A DNA stretch of 64,000 nt from an uncultured Bacteroidales bacterium (GCA_902784475.1 CACZUX010000003.1:3530-67529); one strand, 5' to 3'; numbered from the stretch's first letter, positions 35,437-45,212 are shown. Notes: generated from the sequence alone by a model not told the origin. Numbers and translations: made by a program.

Positions 35437-36216
35437 TTACTTAAGTCCCGCTTTGAGCGAACGGATCACGGCGGAGGTGAAGTCGGCGTGGTCGAGCTCG
35501 TTGAGCCCCTTGATGGTGACGCCGCCGGGCGTGGTCACTTTGTCGATGGCCTCTTCGGGGTGCCATCCGGTCTCCTTGAGCAGCGACACGGCGCCCTGCA
35601 TCGTCTGCAGCGCGATCTGCTTGGCCTGAGCGGGATAGAAACCCATCTCGCAGCCGCCCTGCATCTGGGCCCTGATGTAGCGCATCACGTAGGCGATGCC
35701 GCACGAGGCCATCATCATGCCGGGCCCCACGAGGTTTTCGCTCACGGCGAGCGTGTCGCCCACGATATCGTAGAGGGCCTTCACCTTGGCGAGCGTCTCG
35801 TCAGTGGCGCCTTCACCTTTGGCGATGAACGACATCGAGGCGCCGTATTCGGCCGCGATGTTGGGGATCACGTAGCAGAACTGCCCCTCGCGTCCGAAGG
35901 CCTCGGCGAGTTTGCCGGTGGTGAAGTTGGCGGCGTCGCTCACCACAATCTGCTTCTCCAAATCGAGTGCGTCTTTTATCTCACCCAGCACGGCCGGCAT
36001 CAGCCAGGGCTTCACCACCACCACCACGATGTCCGCGCCCTTCACGGCTTCGGCATTGTCCGTCGTGGTCGCGAGTGCGGGATACTTGCTTTTGAACTGC
36101 GCCAGCAGCGCTTCATTCTTGTCGGCCACGGCGATGTGCTCCACCCGGCCGCTCTTGGCCCAGCCGTGAATCAGGGCTCCGCCCATGTTTCCGGCTCCGA
36201 TAACTGCTATCTTCAT
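35437..36216 (-). CDS. proC: Pyrroline-5-carboxylate reductase
   Basis: MKIAVIGAGNMGGALIHGW Rossmann N-terminus and C-terminal VTTPGGVTIKGLNELD. Start set at the internal ATG 36216, downstream of the promoter box. Confidence 0.92.
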   Translation of the reverse strand: MKIAVIGAGNMGGALIHGWAKSGRVEHIAVADKNEALLAQFKSKYPALATTTDNAEAVKGADIVVVVVKPWLMPAVLGEIKDALDLEKQIVVSDAANFTTGKLAEAFGREGQFCYVIPNIAAEYGASMSFIAKGEGATDETLAKVKALYDIVGDTLAVSENLVGPGMMMASCGIAYVMRYIRAQMQGGCEMGFYPAQAKQIALQTMQGAVSLLKETGWHPEEAIDKVTTPGGVTIKGLNELDHADFTSAVIRSLKAGLK

Positions 36217-36241
36217 TATTCTATAATAGTATTTTTCGCGA

Positions 36242-36249
36242 CAAAGATA
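36242..36249 (-). promoter_or_regulatory. -7 box (TAtcTTTG) upstream of proC
   Basis: The plus strand reads caaagata, 25 nt upstream of the ATG at 36216. Confidence 0.6.
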
Positions 36250-36335
36250 CGTCTTTTTTTTCAATTAAACCGTTTTTCTCCCCGAAAATATAAAAAACAA
36301 TCAACTCCCCTCTCCCAACTCTCAACTATTTTCCG

Positions 36336-36343
36336 TACCTTTG
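36336..36343 (+). promoter_or_regulatory. -7 box (TAccTTTG) upstream of the PHP phosphatase gene
   Basis: tacctttg lies 24 nt upstream of the ATG at 36368. It overlaps the ORF-track start at 36341, which is therefore unlikely. Confidence 0.6.
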
Positions 36344-36367
36344 CATCCGTTTAGCACAGAAACGGAT

Positions 36368-37087
36368 ATGAAAACACTGATTGACGCGCACACCCACACC
36401 GTGGCGAGCGGTCACGCCTACAGCACCATACAGGAGATGGCACGCGCCGCCGCCGACAAGGGCATCCGGATCCTCGGCATCACGGAGCACGCGCCCTCCA
36501 TTCCCGGCACCTGCACGCCTATCTATTTCCGCAACATGCACGTCATCCCCCGCGAGATGTACGGCGTGAAGCTGCTCATGGGCGCCGAGCTCAACATCCT
36601 CGACACCCGGGGCACGCTCGACCTGGACGAACGCTACTGCGAGAAATTCCTCGACCTGCGCATTGCCGGCATCCATCAGCTCTGCTACACCCCCGGCACG
36701 CCGGAGGAGAACACCGACGGCATGATTGCGGCCATACGCAACCCCTGGGTGCAGATCATCACCCATCCGGGCGACGGCACCGCCGATCTGCTCTTCGAGC
36801 CCGTCGTGCTGGCGGCTAAGGAGTCGCGCACACTGCTTGAAATCAACTCCTCCTCGCTCATCCCCTCGCGCCACAAGGAGAAGGCGCGCCCCAACAATCT
36901 GGAGATTCTGCGCCTGTGCAAGCGTTACGAGGTGCCCGTCATCCTGGGCAGCGACGCCCACATCTCCTTCTCCGTGGGCGACTACCGCTACGCCTGGCCC
37001 CTCATCGAGGAGACCGGTTTCCCCGAGGCCCTCATCGTGAACGACAAACCCGACTTTTTCCTCCATTACATCGACAAACGTGGTTAA
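36368..37087 (+). CDS. PHP-domain phosphatase (YcdX-like)
   Basis: MKTLIDAHTHTVASGHAYSTIQEMARAAADKGIRILGITEHAP, and later ITHPG and GSDAH. Confidence 0.85.
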   Translation: MKTLIDAHTHTVASGHAYSTIQEMARAAADKGIRILGITEHAPSIPGTCTPIYFRNMHVIPREMYGVKLLMGAELNILDTRGTLDLDERYCEKFLDLRIAGIHQLCYTPGTPEENTDGMIAAIRNPWVQIITHPGDGTADLLFEPVVLAAKESRTLLEINSSSLIPSRHKEKARPNNLEILRLCKRYEVPVILGSDAHISFSVGDYRYAWPLIEETGFPEALIVNDKPDFFLHYIDKRG

Positions 37088-37091
37088 GGAA

Positions 37092-38453
37092 ATGACCGGC
37101 GGGTCGCCCGCCCGCCTCATCCTCTCCTTCGCCCTGCCCCTGATGCTGGGCAACGTGTTGCAGCAGGGCTACATGCTGGTGGACGCCGCCATCGTGGGTC
37201 GTCTGCTGGGCATGAACGCTCTGGCCGGCGTGGGCGCCTCCTCCAGCGTGCTGTTTCTCATCCTGGGCTTCAGCATCGGCACGACGGGCGGCTTCGGCAT
37301 TCCCGTGGCGCAGCGTTTCGGGGCGCGCGATGCGGAGGGTGTGCGCTCGCTCTTCCGCCACAGCCTGCTCGCGGGCGGCCTCATCGCCGTCGCCATGAGC
37401 CTCGTCTGCTGCCTCTTCTGCCGTAGCATACTCCGTTGGATGGACACACCTGAGGAGATCATGCACGAGGCCTGGCTCTACCTCTTCGTCACCTTCCTCA
37501 CCATCCCCTGCAACCTCTTCTACAATCTGGAGGCCTCCGTCATCCGGGCCCTCGGCAACTCGAAGACGCCCTTCTTCTACATGCTGCTCTCGGCCGTGCT
37601 CAACATCATCTTCGACGTGCTCTTCATCGCCGTGTTCCGCATGAACACCGACGGCGCCGCATGGGCCACGGCCCTTTCCCAGCTCATCTGCATCGTGCTC
37701 TGCTGGCGCTACATGCGCGAGCGCCTGCCCATCCTTTGGAGCGAAGCGCCTTTCCGCCCGCAGCGCAGCGAGGTGCGCACGCTCCTGGGCCACGGCGTCC
37801 CCATGGGCCTGCAGTTCAGCATCACGGCCATCGGCAGCGTCATGCTCCAGAGTGCCAACAACGCCCTCGGCGTGGCCTGCGCCACCGCTTTCACCGCCGC
37901 CATGCGCATCAAGATGTTCTTCATCACCCCCTTTGAGAACCTCGGTGTGGCGATGGCCACCTACTGCGGACAGAATCTCGGCGCGGCCCGTCTGGCCGGA
38001 GTGAAGATTGACGGCAACAACCGGGGCTACTATTTCAGCCGGATTCATCGGGGCATCAGGGATGCGATGGGCATGATGGCCGTCTACGGCGTCGCCACCA
38101 TGCTCCTCTTATGGCGGGGCGCCCGCGACATCGCCATGCTCTTCATTCCTGCCGTTGAAACCGGGCTTTTGGACCGCGCCGAGCTCTTCCTCCACTGCTC
38201 CTGCGTCTGCTACCTCTTCCTCGGCACGCTGGTCATCTACCGCTACTCGCTGCAGGGCCTCGGCTACACCCGTCTGGCGATGTTCTCCGGCGTGAGCGAA
38301 CTACTGGCGCGCGTGGGCATCTCGTTGTGGATTGTGCCCCTGTGGGGCTTCCTCGGCGTGAGCATCGGCGACCCTTCGGCTTGGGTGGCTGCCGACTGCT
38401 TCCTGCTGCCCGCTTTCTACCTCGTCATGCAGCGTCTTCAGCGCAAAAACTGA
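37092..38453 (+). CDS. MATE family efflux transporter
   Basis: SPARLILSFALPLMLGNVLQQGYMLVDAAIVGRLLG. 12 TM pattern. Confidence 0.88.
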   Translation: MTGGSPARLILSFALPLMLGNVLQQGYMLVDAAIVGRLLGMNALAGVGASSSVLFLILGFSIGTTGGFGIPVAQRFGARDAEGVRSLFRHSLLAGGLIAVAMSLVCCLFCRSILRWMDTPEEIMHEAWLYLFVTFLTIPCNLFYNLEASVIRALGNSKTPFFYMLLSAVLNIIFDVLFIAVFRMNTDGAAWATALSQLICIVLCWRYMRERLPILWSEAPFRPQRSEVRTLLGHGVPMGLQFSITAIGSVMLQSANNALGVACATAFTAAMRIKMFFITPFENLGVAMATYCGQNLGAARLAGVKIDGNNRGYYFSRIHRGIRDAMGMMAVYGVATMLLLWRGARDIAMLFIPAVETGLLDRAELFLHCSCVCYLFLGTLVIYRYSLQGLGYTRLAMFSGVSELLARVGISLWIVPLWGFLGVSIGDPSAWVAADCFLLPAFYLVMQRLQRKN

Positions 38454-38526
38454 GCCGGAGACAACAGCCTCCGCCGTTGCGCGCGTTTTTTTTCGCCGTT
38501 TTTTTTGTCGTTTTGACAAAATATCT

Positions 38527-38534
38527 TATATTTG
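38527..38534 (+). promoter_or_regulatory. -7 box (TAtaTTTG) with a -33 TTTG at 38504-38507, upstream of the rlpA-like gene
   Basis: tatatttg at 38527. TTTG lies 19 nt upstream. The ATG is at 38556. Confidence 0.6.
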
Positions 38535-38555
38535 CATCCTGAAAAAGGACGTACC

Positions 38556-39023
38556 ATGAAGAAACGGATCACCATGATGATGCTGTTGGCGGCCGTTGCG
38601 TCGCTGGCCCTGCTGTCTCAGAGCACAGTCTCCGTAAAGGGTAAAGCGTCGTTTTACCACGACAAATTTCACGGACGGCGCACAGCCAGCGGCACGCCTT
38701 ACCACAAGGACAGCCTGACCTGTGCACACCGCAAATATCCCTTCGGCACCATGCTGAAGGTGAGAAATCTCGGAAACGGCAAGGAGGTGATTGTGAAAGT
38801 CATTGATCGGGGCCCCTTCTCCCACTACATCATTGACCTCTCTCGGGCTGCCGCGCTGGAGTTGGACATGGTGCGCAAAGGATTCGCCAACGTGGAGGTT
38901 TCCGTCAGCACGGAGGGTCGTGTGCCGTTCAGACCTCTGCCGGACACGTTGCGCCTGTTGCCCATCGCCCTGCCCGACACCTTCCCCGCCTTCGTGCCTC
39001 CCCCAATCGGCGTACTGCAGTAG
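38556..39023 (+). CDS. RlpA-family septal ring lytic transglycosylase-like protein (DPBB domain)
   Basis: Signal peptide present. GKASFYHDKFHGRRTASGTPYHKDSLTCAHRKYPFGTMLKVRNLGNGKEVIVKVIDRGPF. Confidence 0.88.
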   Translation: MKKRITMMMLLAAVASLALLSQSTVSVKGKASFYHDKFHGRRTASGTPYHKDSLTCAHRKYPFGTMLKVRNLGNGKEVIVKVIDRGPFSHYIIDLSRAAALELDMVRKGFANVEVSVSTEGRVPFRPLPDTLRLLPIALPDTFPAFVPPPIGVLQ

Positions 39024-39048
39024 TTTGCGTAAAAATTGCTCACGCAAA
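39024..39048. terminator. Hairpin between convergent genes (possible bidirectional terminator)
   Basis: tttgcgt-aaaaattgctc-acgcaaa: a 7-bp stem and an 11-nt loop. Confidence 0.35.
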
Positions 39049-39070
39049 CAAATCATATTCAAACCGAGGC

Positions 39071-39583
39071 TTAAATATACCTGACCTCGTTACCGATGCC
39101 GCTAAGGTACTTCTGCCACTGATGTTGTGTGATGACAACGGTGCCGCGGCAGTCGTTGGGATGAAAGCTCAGGGTAGCAGCCTCCTGCAGTTCCCGGTCC
39201 AAAAACAGGATCACGTGGTCCGACACGTCGTTGATAAGTCCAAACGGCGACACGCTACCCGGCTCCAATCCGAGATACTTCATCATGCGCTCGGCAGAGG
39301 CGAACGACAGTTTGCCGCATGAGGACAGCCCCCGACTCTGGAGGGAGGCCTTGAGTCGTGCCTCAAGGTCGTGTATGTCCAAATCCTTGTCGCAGGGGAA
39401 ACAAATCAGATAGTGCTGGTTGCCCTTATGGTTGCGCATGAAGATATTCTTGCAATGCACCGAACCGTCGTCGTGCCACCATCTCTTCGCCTCCTCAATG
39501 GTCTTACCCTCGGGGTGGTTGTAGCAGGTGTATTCTATCCCGTGCTCCTTAAGATATGCATATACCGCTTCTTCGCGTGTCAT
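39071..39583 (-). CDS. YbaK/ProX-type aminoacyl-tRNA deacylase domain protein
   Basis: MTREEAVYAYLKEHGIEYTCYNHPEGKTIEEA...HCKNIFMRNHKGNQHYLI...GLEPGSVSPFGLIND...SFHPND matches the prolyl-tRNA-synthetase-associated editing domain pattern. The upstream 60 aa of ORF 39071..39763 overlap the TolC gene and were removed. Confidence 0.78.
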   Translation of the reverse strand: MTREEAVYAYLKEHGIEYTCYNHPEGKTIEEAKRWWHDDGSVHCKNIFMRNHKGNQHYLICFPCDKDLDIHDLEARLKASLQSRGLSSCGKLSFASAERMMKYLGLEPGSVSPFGLINDVSDHVILFLDRELQEAATLSFHPNDCRGTVVITQHQWQKYLSGIGNEVRYI

Positions 39584-39593
39584 CTGTCTCCCC

Positions 39594-41003
39594 CTACTCC
39601 TCCACCAGGCGGCCTGCGGCCTTGAGATAGGCCACGGAAGCCAGGTAACGGCGGAACTGCGCCTCGATGCGGCGCTGCCAGGCCTTCTGCCAGAGCGCCT
39701 GAGCCTCCAAGAGGTCGGAAAGCGTCTCCGTGCCGGCTTTATACTGCTTCTCAGAGAGCTCACGGTTGAGCGTGGCCTGCTCCAGGCCCTTCTCCGTCAA
39801 AGCCACCTCCTGAGCGCTCTCCTCCAGGTTGTTGCCCTCCTTGGCCAACTGAAGCTGCATCAGCTCGACATAGTTCTCGCGATCCAGTTCGACCTGCTGC
39901 GCCTTGACCTTGGCCGCCTTGGTCTTGAAATAATCGGCACCGAAGTGGAAAAGGGGCACCGAGAGCGTCACACCGCCGGCGAAGCCCCAGCTATCCAGGA
40001 GCTTACGGCCATTGATCTTTACGCCGCTTGTGTAGCCGTAGTAGGCCAGAAGACCCAACTGAGGCAACCAGGCCGCACGCGAGACATTGACCTCCTGACG
40101 GGCCACCTGGGCCTGAGCCTCAAGCATGGCATACTCCGGACGCGAAGTGACATCGCTGCTGCCGCTGAGCAAAGCAGCATCGTCCACACGCGGATATTCC
40201 GAAGAGACGGCAACGCGCGATGAAAGCGGCATTCCCGTGACATGACAGAGGTTCATCGTGGCCAGACGGATGGCGTTCTCGGCCTGCGTCAGCTGAAGCT
40301 GCACCTCGTCGAGCTTCACCTGCACCTTGAGACGGTCGTTCTGCAGCTTCACACCGTTGCGCACGGCACTCTCCACGTTGCTGTCGAGCTGCTTGAGCAG
40401 CAATAGATACTGCTCGGCCACCTTCTTCATCTCCGTAGCCTTGACGACATTGGCATAAGCCTGATCAGCCTCCTCAATCACCTCGGCGCGCGTCTTGCGC
40501 TCATTCTGGCGGGAAGCCTCGAGGGCGAGCTTCGACATCTTGTAGCCGGCGATGATCTTGCCGCCCATGAAGATGGGCTGACGAAGCATCACGCCGCCGG
40601 TGTACATCCAGCCCAGCTCATACTCCAAAATGGACTGGTTCGTCGGCAGCGTGTTGAGCACGCCGGGAGCCAACTGCTTCAGCTGCGCCTGTATCGGAGC
40701 CGGAAGACCTGGCATCACGGTGGAGAGCATGCCGGCTGCCGCCTGGCGGACATTCATACCGAGCGAACCGTCGGTGTTGGAATAGCCGGCCATACCGGTC
40801 AGAGAGATGTTCGGGAAGAATAAACCCAACGTGGCCCGCTTGGTGTAGCGGGCGGCCTCCGTGCCGAGCGCTGCCGACTGGAGTGTCTTATTGTGTTGCA
40901 AAGCCAGTTCGCGGCACTGCTCGATGGAGAGCACCTGCACCTCGTCCTGAGCAAAAAGAGGTAGAGATAACGCGATGAAAACGGGAAACAACAACTTTTT
41001 CAT
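39594..41003 (-). CDS. TolC-family outer membrane efflux protein
   Basis: Signal MKKLLFPVFIALSLPLFAQ. Two OEP-type repeats (ALQHNKTLQSA..., coiled-coil regions). Confidence 0.9.
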   Translation of the reverse strand: MKKLLFPVFIALSLPLFAQDEVQVLSIEQCRELALQHNKTLQSAALGTEAARYTKRATLGLFFPNISLTGMAGYSNTDGSLGMNVRQAAAGMLSTVMPGLPAPIQAQLKQLAPGVLNTLPTNQSILEYELGWMYTGGVMLRQPIFMGGKIIAGYKMSKLALEASRQNERKTRAEVIEEADQAYANVVKATEMKKVAEQYLLLLKQLDSNVESAVRNGVKLQNDRLKVQVKLDEVQLQLTQAENAIRLATMNLCHVTGMPLSSRVAVSSEYPRVDDAALLSGSSDVTSRPEYAMLEAQAQVARQEVNVSRAAWLPQLGLLAYYGYTSGVKINGRKLLDSWGFAGGVTLSVPLFHFGADYFKTKAAKVKAQQVELDRENYVELMQLQLAKEGNNLEESAQEVALTEKGLEQATLNRELSEKQYKAGTETLSDLLEAQALWQKAWQRRIEAQFRRYLASVAYLKAAGRLVEE

Positions 41004-41007
41004 AGTA

Positions 41008-44000
41008 TTATTCTGGTTTAACGTCAAAGAACATTGCATAGAGTACGGGAACAAAGATGAGGGTGATGAACGTGCCGAAAAGCAGGCCGCCCATGATGGT
41101 AACGGCCATGCTGCCAAACATGGCGTCGGTGAGCAGCGGTATCATACCCAAAATCGTGGTGAGGGAAGCCATCATCACGGGACGCAGGCGCGACTGAGCA
41201 GCCAAAACGAGCGCATCAATCGGGGTTTGGCCCTCAGAAAGCTGCAAGTCGATTTCGTCCATCAGCACGATGCCGTTCTTCACTACCATGCCAATTAGAC
41301 CCAGCGCGCCGACGATAGCGCAGAAGGTGAAGGTCATTCCCGAGGCGAGCATCGTAGCCACGACGCCGACGAAGACCAGAGGAATGGTGCAGAAGATGAT
41401 GGCCGGCTTCTTGGCGTCGCCGAAGAGCATGATCAGGATGGCAACCATCATGATGATGGCCATGGGGAAGTTCTGGAAGAGGTACTTCATGGAGCGGTCG
41501 CTGGCCTGCTTCTCGCCCATCCACATGCGGGTGTAGCCCGGCGGAAGAGGTATTTGGTCAATCTTGGCAGCGATGGCCTTACGCGTGCGCTCCGTCTCCA
41601 GGCCGATCTCCGGTGTGCACTGCACACGGTGCTGACGCACACCGTTGTAGCGCGGCACGATGGGGTCCTCCCAACGCACGTCCACCGAGCGCGTCACCTG
41701 GCGCAAAGGCGTGGTGGCGATGACACTCTGCAGCAGCTTTGTCTTGTCAAGCTTGCCGCTGCGAAGGCGGGCCAAATTCTCCTCGTTTAAAAGCCCGGTG
41801 AGTGAAGGCATGAGCGAGAATACCTGCATATTCTGGAGATCGTCGATATTGTTGCCGTGCTCGTCGATGAGCTTGGCATAAATATTATTACTATAGATTC
41901 CATCGTAGAAATTGCCTACGGGAATGCCACCGCCCGCCGTCATCAGAGAGAGCGAGAGATCGCTGCGCGAGAGGCCGATGGTGCGGGCGGCCTCCTGATC
42001 GTAGTCCACAGAGATGAAGGGCACCTTGGGCTCCCAGTTTTCCGTGATAAGACGCACCTTGCCGCTCTGCTCCATGATCGCGCGGGCACTGTCAGCCAAC
42101 TGATGAAGCACAGCGGGATCGGGGCCGGCAAACTGCACCTCGATGGGATACTTCTTGAACATCAGGTTGTAGAGCTTGATCTTGGCGTAAGCCTGGGGGA
42201 ACTCGCGGTTGAGATAGCTCTGAATATCCTCCAGATTCTCCACCAGCTTCTCCGGACTCTCGAAGTCGATAATCAGCTCTCCGTAGGCCAGAGAAGGCGT
42301 GGCCACCGTACGCACCAGATTGTAACGGCCGGGCGTGGCGCCAATGCTCGCCGTGATGTGCTTCACGGGATAGTGCTCGCGCAGATAGGTCTGCATCCTT
42401 TTGAGGTCCTTCTCCACCTGAGTAGAATTGGCGCCCTCGGGAAGCTTGTACTCCAGGTAGCACTGGTCATAGACCATATCGGGGAAGAAGCCCTGACGCA
42501 TGTAAGGATAGCCCACGGCAGCAAGCACTACCAGCACCGCCATCACAACCACCATCGTGCGGCGGTGGTAGAGACAGAAATGCATCAGACGGCGCTGCAG
42601 CCCGTAAACCTTGCCGCTGTAGGGATTGACCTCAACAGAAGACGCGTCTTCGCACACGGGAGCCAGCTTGAACATGCGGTGCGCCATAAGCGGCACGTGG
42701 ACCAGAGCCAGAATCCAACTCAAGAGGAGCGACACAGCCAGGATGATGAAGAGGTCGCGCACGTAGATGCCGGCCGTATCGGGCGAAAGGAAGATGGGAT
42801 AGAACGACAGGATTGCAATCACTGTGGCGCCGAGCAGAGGCATCGCCGTACGCTTGCCGATGTCCGTCATGGCGGCCAGACGGGATTTTTTAGGGTTGTT
42901 CATATCCACCAGTATGCCGTCGATGATCACGATGGCATTGTCTACCAGCATACCCATGGCCAGGATGAAAGCGGCGAGGGAGACGCGCTGCATCGTGCCC
43001 TCCATGAAGCCCAGGAGCAGGAAACTGCCAATGACGATGACACAGAGCGAGGTACCGATGATGATGCCGCTCTTGATGCCCATGAAGAACATCAGGATGA
43101 CCACCACAATCACCACACTCTCGATAAGATTCATCACAAAGGTGCCGAGCGAATCCACAACACGCTCCGGCTGATAGAACACCTTGTGCACCTCAACGCC
43201 GGTGGGGAAACGCGTGGCGCGCAACTCCTCCAAGCGCTGCTCGACAGCGGCGCCCACCTTGGTGATGTCGGCCTTGGAGGAAGCGGACACCAGAATGCCT
43301 AACGCACGCTGGCCGTCGTAGGTCATGGCGTTACGCACCGGCTTTTCGATGCTCTTCTCCACCTCGGCAATGTCCGAGATGCGCAGCTGATCCATCTCAT
43401 GGCCCTGGATGAGCATGCGGCGGATGTCGCGCACGGTCTGGAACTTGTCCGTCACAGTGACGCGCACGCGCTGGTCTCCGTTGTCGTAATAGCCGGCGTA
43501 AGAGGTTTTGTTCTGTCCGTTGAGCGTCGAAAGCACCTCAGCTGCCGACACACCCAGAGTGGAAAGTTTGTCCTGAAGAAGGCGAATCTCGATACACTCA
43601 TGCTGGGCGCCGTAGACCTCGACGCGCTCTATTTCATCCAGACTGCATATCTCGTTGCGCAGCAGATCGCTGTACTTCAACAGCTCGCGCTCCGAGAGGC
43701 CGTCGGCGGTAAGGGCGTAGAACATGCCGTAAACGGCGGAGAAATCGTCTCTCGTGACCGATACGCCGGCACCGGAGGGCAGATGCGACTGCGCATCATA
43801 CACCTTGCGGCGGAGGCGGTCCCAACACTGCTCCACCTCCTCATTGGGGATGGTCGAGCGCAGCTCAACCTGAATGATGCTCAGGTCGTTGAAACTGCTG
43901 GACTCGATGTTGTCGAGGTCGCCCATCGTGCGGATGCTCTTCTCCAAGACGTCCGTCACCTCCATCTCGACCTGATGCGCCGACGCACCGGGATAGGTGG

Positions 44001-44148
44001 TGACGATCATCGCCATCTTCACCTTCACCTCGGGGTCCTCAAGCTTGGGCATCCGGTAAATGGAGAAGATGCCTCCAGCCACCAGGACGAAGACCATGAA
44101 GTGGACGAGAAGCTTATTCGTAAAGGCCCATTTGCCGAAATCGATCAT
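41008..44148 (-). CDS. RND (HAE1/AcrB-like) efflux transporter permease
   Basis: 1046 aa. 12 TM segments with two large periplasmic loops. Typical AcrB N-terminus FTNKLLVHFMVFVLVAGGIFSIYRMPKLEDPEV. Confidence 0.95.
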   Translation of the reverse strand: MIDFGKWAFTNKLLVHFMVFVLVAGGIFSIYRMPKLEDPEVKVKMAMIVTTYPGASAHQVEMEVTDVLEKSIRTMGDLDNIESSSFNDLSIIQVELRSTIPNEEVEQCWDRLRRKVYDAQSHLPSGAGVSVTRDDFSAVYGMFYALTADGLSERELLKYSDLLRNEICSLDEIERVEVYGAQHECIEIRLLQDKLSTLGVSAAEVLSTLNGQNKTSYAGYYDNGDQRVRVTVTDKFQTVRDIRRMLIQGHEMDQLRISDIAEVEKSIEKPVRNAMTYDGQRALGILVSASSKADITKVGAAVEQRLEELRATRFPTGVEVHKVFYQPERVVDSLGTFVMNLIESVVIVVVILMFFMGIKSGIIIGTSLCVIVIGSFLLLGFMEGTMQRVSLAAFILAMGMLVDNAIVIIDGILVDMNNPKKSRLAAMTDIGKRTAMPLLGATVIAILSFYPIFLSPDTAGIYVRDLFIILAVSLLLSWILALVHVPLMAHRMFKLAPVCEDASSVEVNPYSGKVYGLQRRLMHFCLYHRRTMVVVMAVLVVLAAVGYPYMRQGFFPDMVYDQCYLEYKLPEGANSTQVEKDLKRMQTYLREHYPVKHITASIGATPGRYNLVRTVATPSLAYGELIIDFESPEKLVENLEDIQSYLNREFPQAYAKIKLYNLMFKKYPIEVQFAGPDPAVLHQLADSARAIMEQSGKVRLITENWEPKVPFISVDYDQEAARTIGLSRSDLSLSLMTAGGGIPVGNFYDGIYSNNIYAKLIDEHGNNIDDLQNMQVFSLMPSLTGLLNEENLARLRSGKLDKTKLLQSVIATTPLRQVTRSVDVRWEDPIVPRYNGVRQHRVQCTPEIGLETERTRKAIAAKIDQIPLPPGYTRMWMGEKQASDRSMKYLFQNFPMAIIMMVAILIMLFGDAKKPAIIFCTIPLVFVGVVATMLASGMTFTFCAIVGALGLIGMVVKNGIVLMDEIDLQLSEGQTPIDALVLAAQSRLRPVMMASLTTILGMIPLLTDAMFGSMAVTIMGGLLFGTFITLIFVPVLYAMFFDVKPE

Positions 44149-45212
44149 AAGAGACCTCCTACATTGGTTTCACTTACGGGAGGAAGCGGCGTCACACGAT
44201 CGCCGGTCTTGATGTGGTTGGCACCGGTGCTGACAACGATATTGCCCGGAGAAAGAACACCGTCGACCACAGCAGTGCCGTCGGTGTGCAGGCGCACCAC
44301 CTTCACATGGCAGCGACGCACGGTCTGGCTCTGTTCGTCGTAGAGATAAACGAAACTCTCACCCTTGTCCTCAACGAGAGCGGTCGAGGGTACACGCACC
44401 TCCACGTGAGAGGCAGAGTCCGCTGCCAGGACGCTCACCCAGGCCGACATGCCGGGAGCAATCCCCTTGGTGTCGCCTTCAATCTTCAGGCGCATCGTAT
44501 AGAGCTGGTTGGCGTTGGCCTTAGACATTACGCTGATAAACTTCAGTGGAACGACGGCGCCGGGGAGCACGTCGAAGAGAGCGTTGTAGCGCACAAACGA
44601 AGCACGGCGCAAGTAGCTCGACGCCGGCAGATTGATTTCAATTTCGGGATTGGCAGAAGAAACCACGGAAAGGACCGGCATGCCGGCGGCAACATTCTCC
44701 CCATCATGGAAATAGCGCGTCTGAACAGCCCCGGAGAAAGGGGCGTAAATCTTGCAATAGGCCACCTGATCGCGGTGATTCTTCAACTTGGCCTCAATCT
44801 GCTGCAGGCCGAAGCGCGCTTTGTCGTAGTTGCTGGCCGTTGCGGCACCTTCGTTGTAGAGAGCCGTGATGCGATCAGCCTCCGCCTTGATGCGGGCGTA
44901 TTCCGCCTCCGTGGCAGCCAGCTGCACTTTGTAATCCGTCGCGTCCAACTCAGCAACGAGTTGTCCGGCCTGTACCCTCTCACCCTGCTCCTTGTAAATG
45001 CGGGCGATGGTGCCGGCCACCTTAAAACTCAAGCTGGCATCATCACTGGCGACAACACGACCGGGAAACTGGAGCACGGCACCCGCACTGGCCATTTGGA
45101 CGGTATCCAGACGCACAGTAGCCACAGATTCATCGGACGCTTTCCCGTTGCCGCATGAAGCCAAAACAAATGCCGAAGCAGCAACAAGCAGGACTTTCAC
45201 AGTATTTATCAT
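44145..45212 (-). CDS. RND efflux periplasmic adaptor (membrane fusion protein)
   Basis: Lipoprotein signal (LVAASAFVLASCG). Lipoyl/hairpin/beta-barrel pattern. The stop overlaps the RND ATG (ATGA). Confidence 0.9.
   Translation of the reverse strand: MINTVKVLLVAASAFVLASCGNGKASDESVATVRLDTVQMASAGAVLQFPGRVVASDDASLSFKVAGTIARIYKEQGERVQAGQLVAELDATDYKVQLAATEAEYARIKAEADRITALYNEGAATASNYDKARFGLQQIEAKLKNHRDQVAYCKIYAPFSGAVQTRYFHDGENVAAGMPVLSVVSSANPEIEINLPASSYLRRASFVRYNALFDVLPGAVVPLKFISVMSKANANQLYTMRLKIEGDTKGIAPGMSAWVSVLAADSASHVEVRVPSTALVEDKGESFVYLYDEQSQTVRRCHVKVVRLHTDGTAVVDGVLSPGNIVVSTGANHIKTGDRVTPLPPVSETNVGGLL

Noticed and set aside
39584-39763. 5' extension of ORF 39071..39763, and the similar extensions 41004-41117 of the TolC ORF and 36217-36264 of proC
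   Set aside because: The extensions overlap the upstream gene or lie upstream of the promoter box. The conserved protein sequence begins at the internal ATG.
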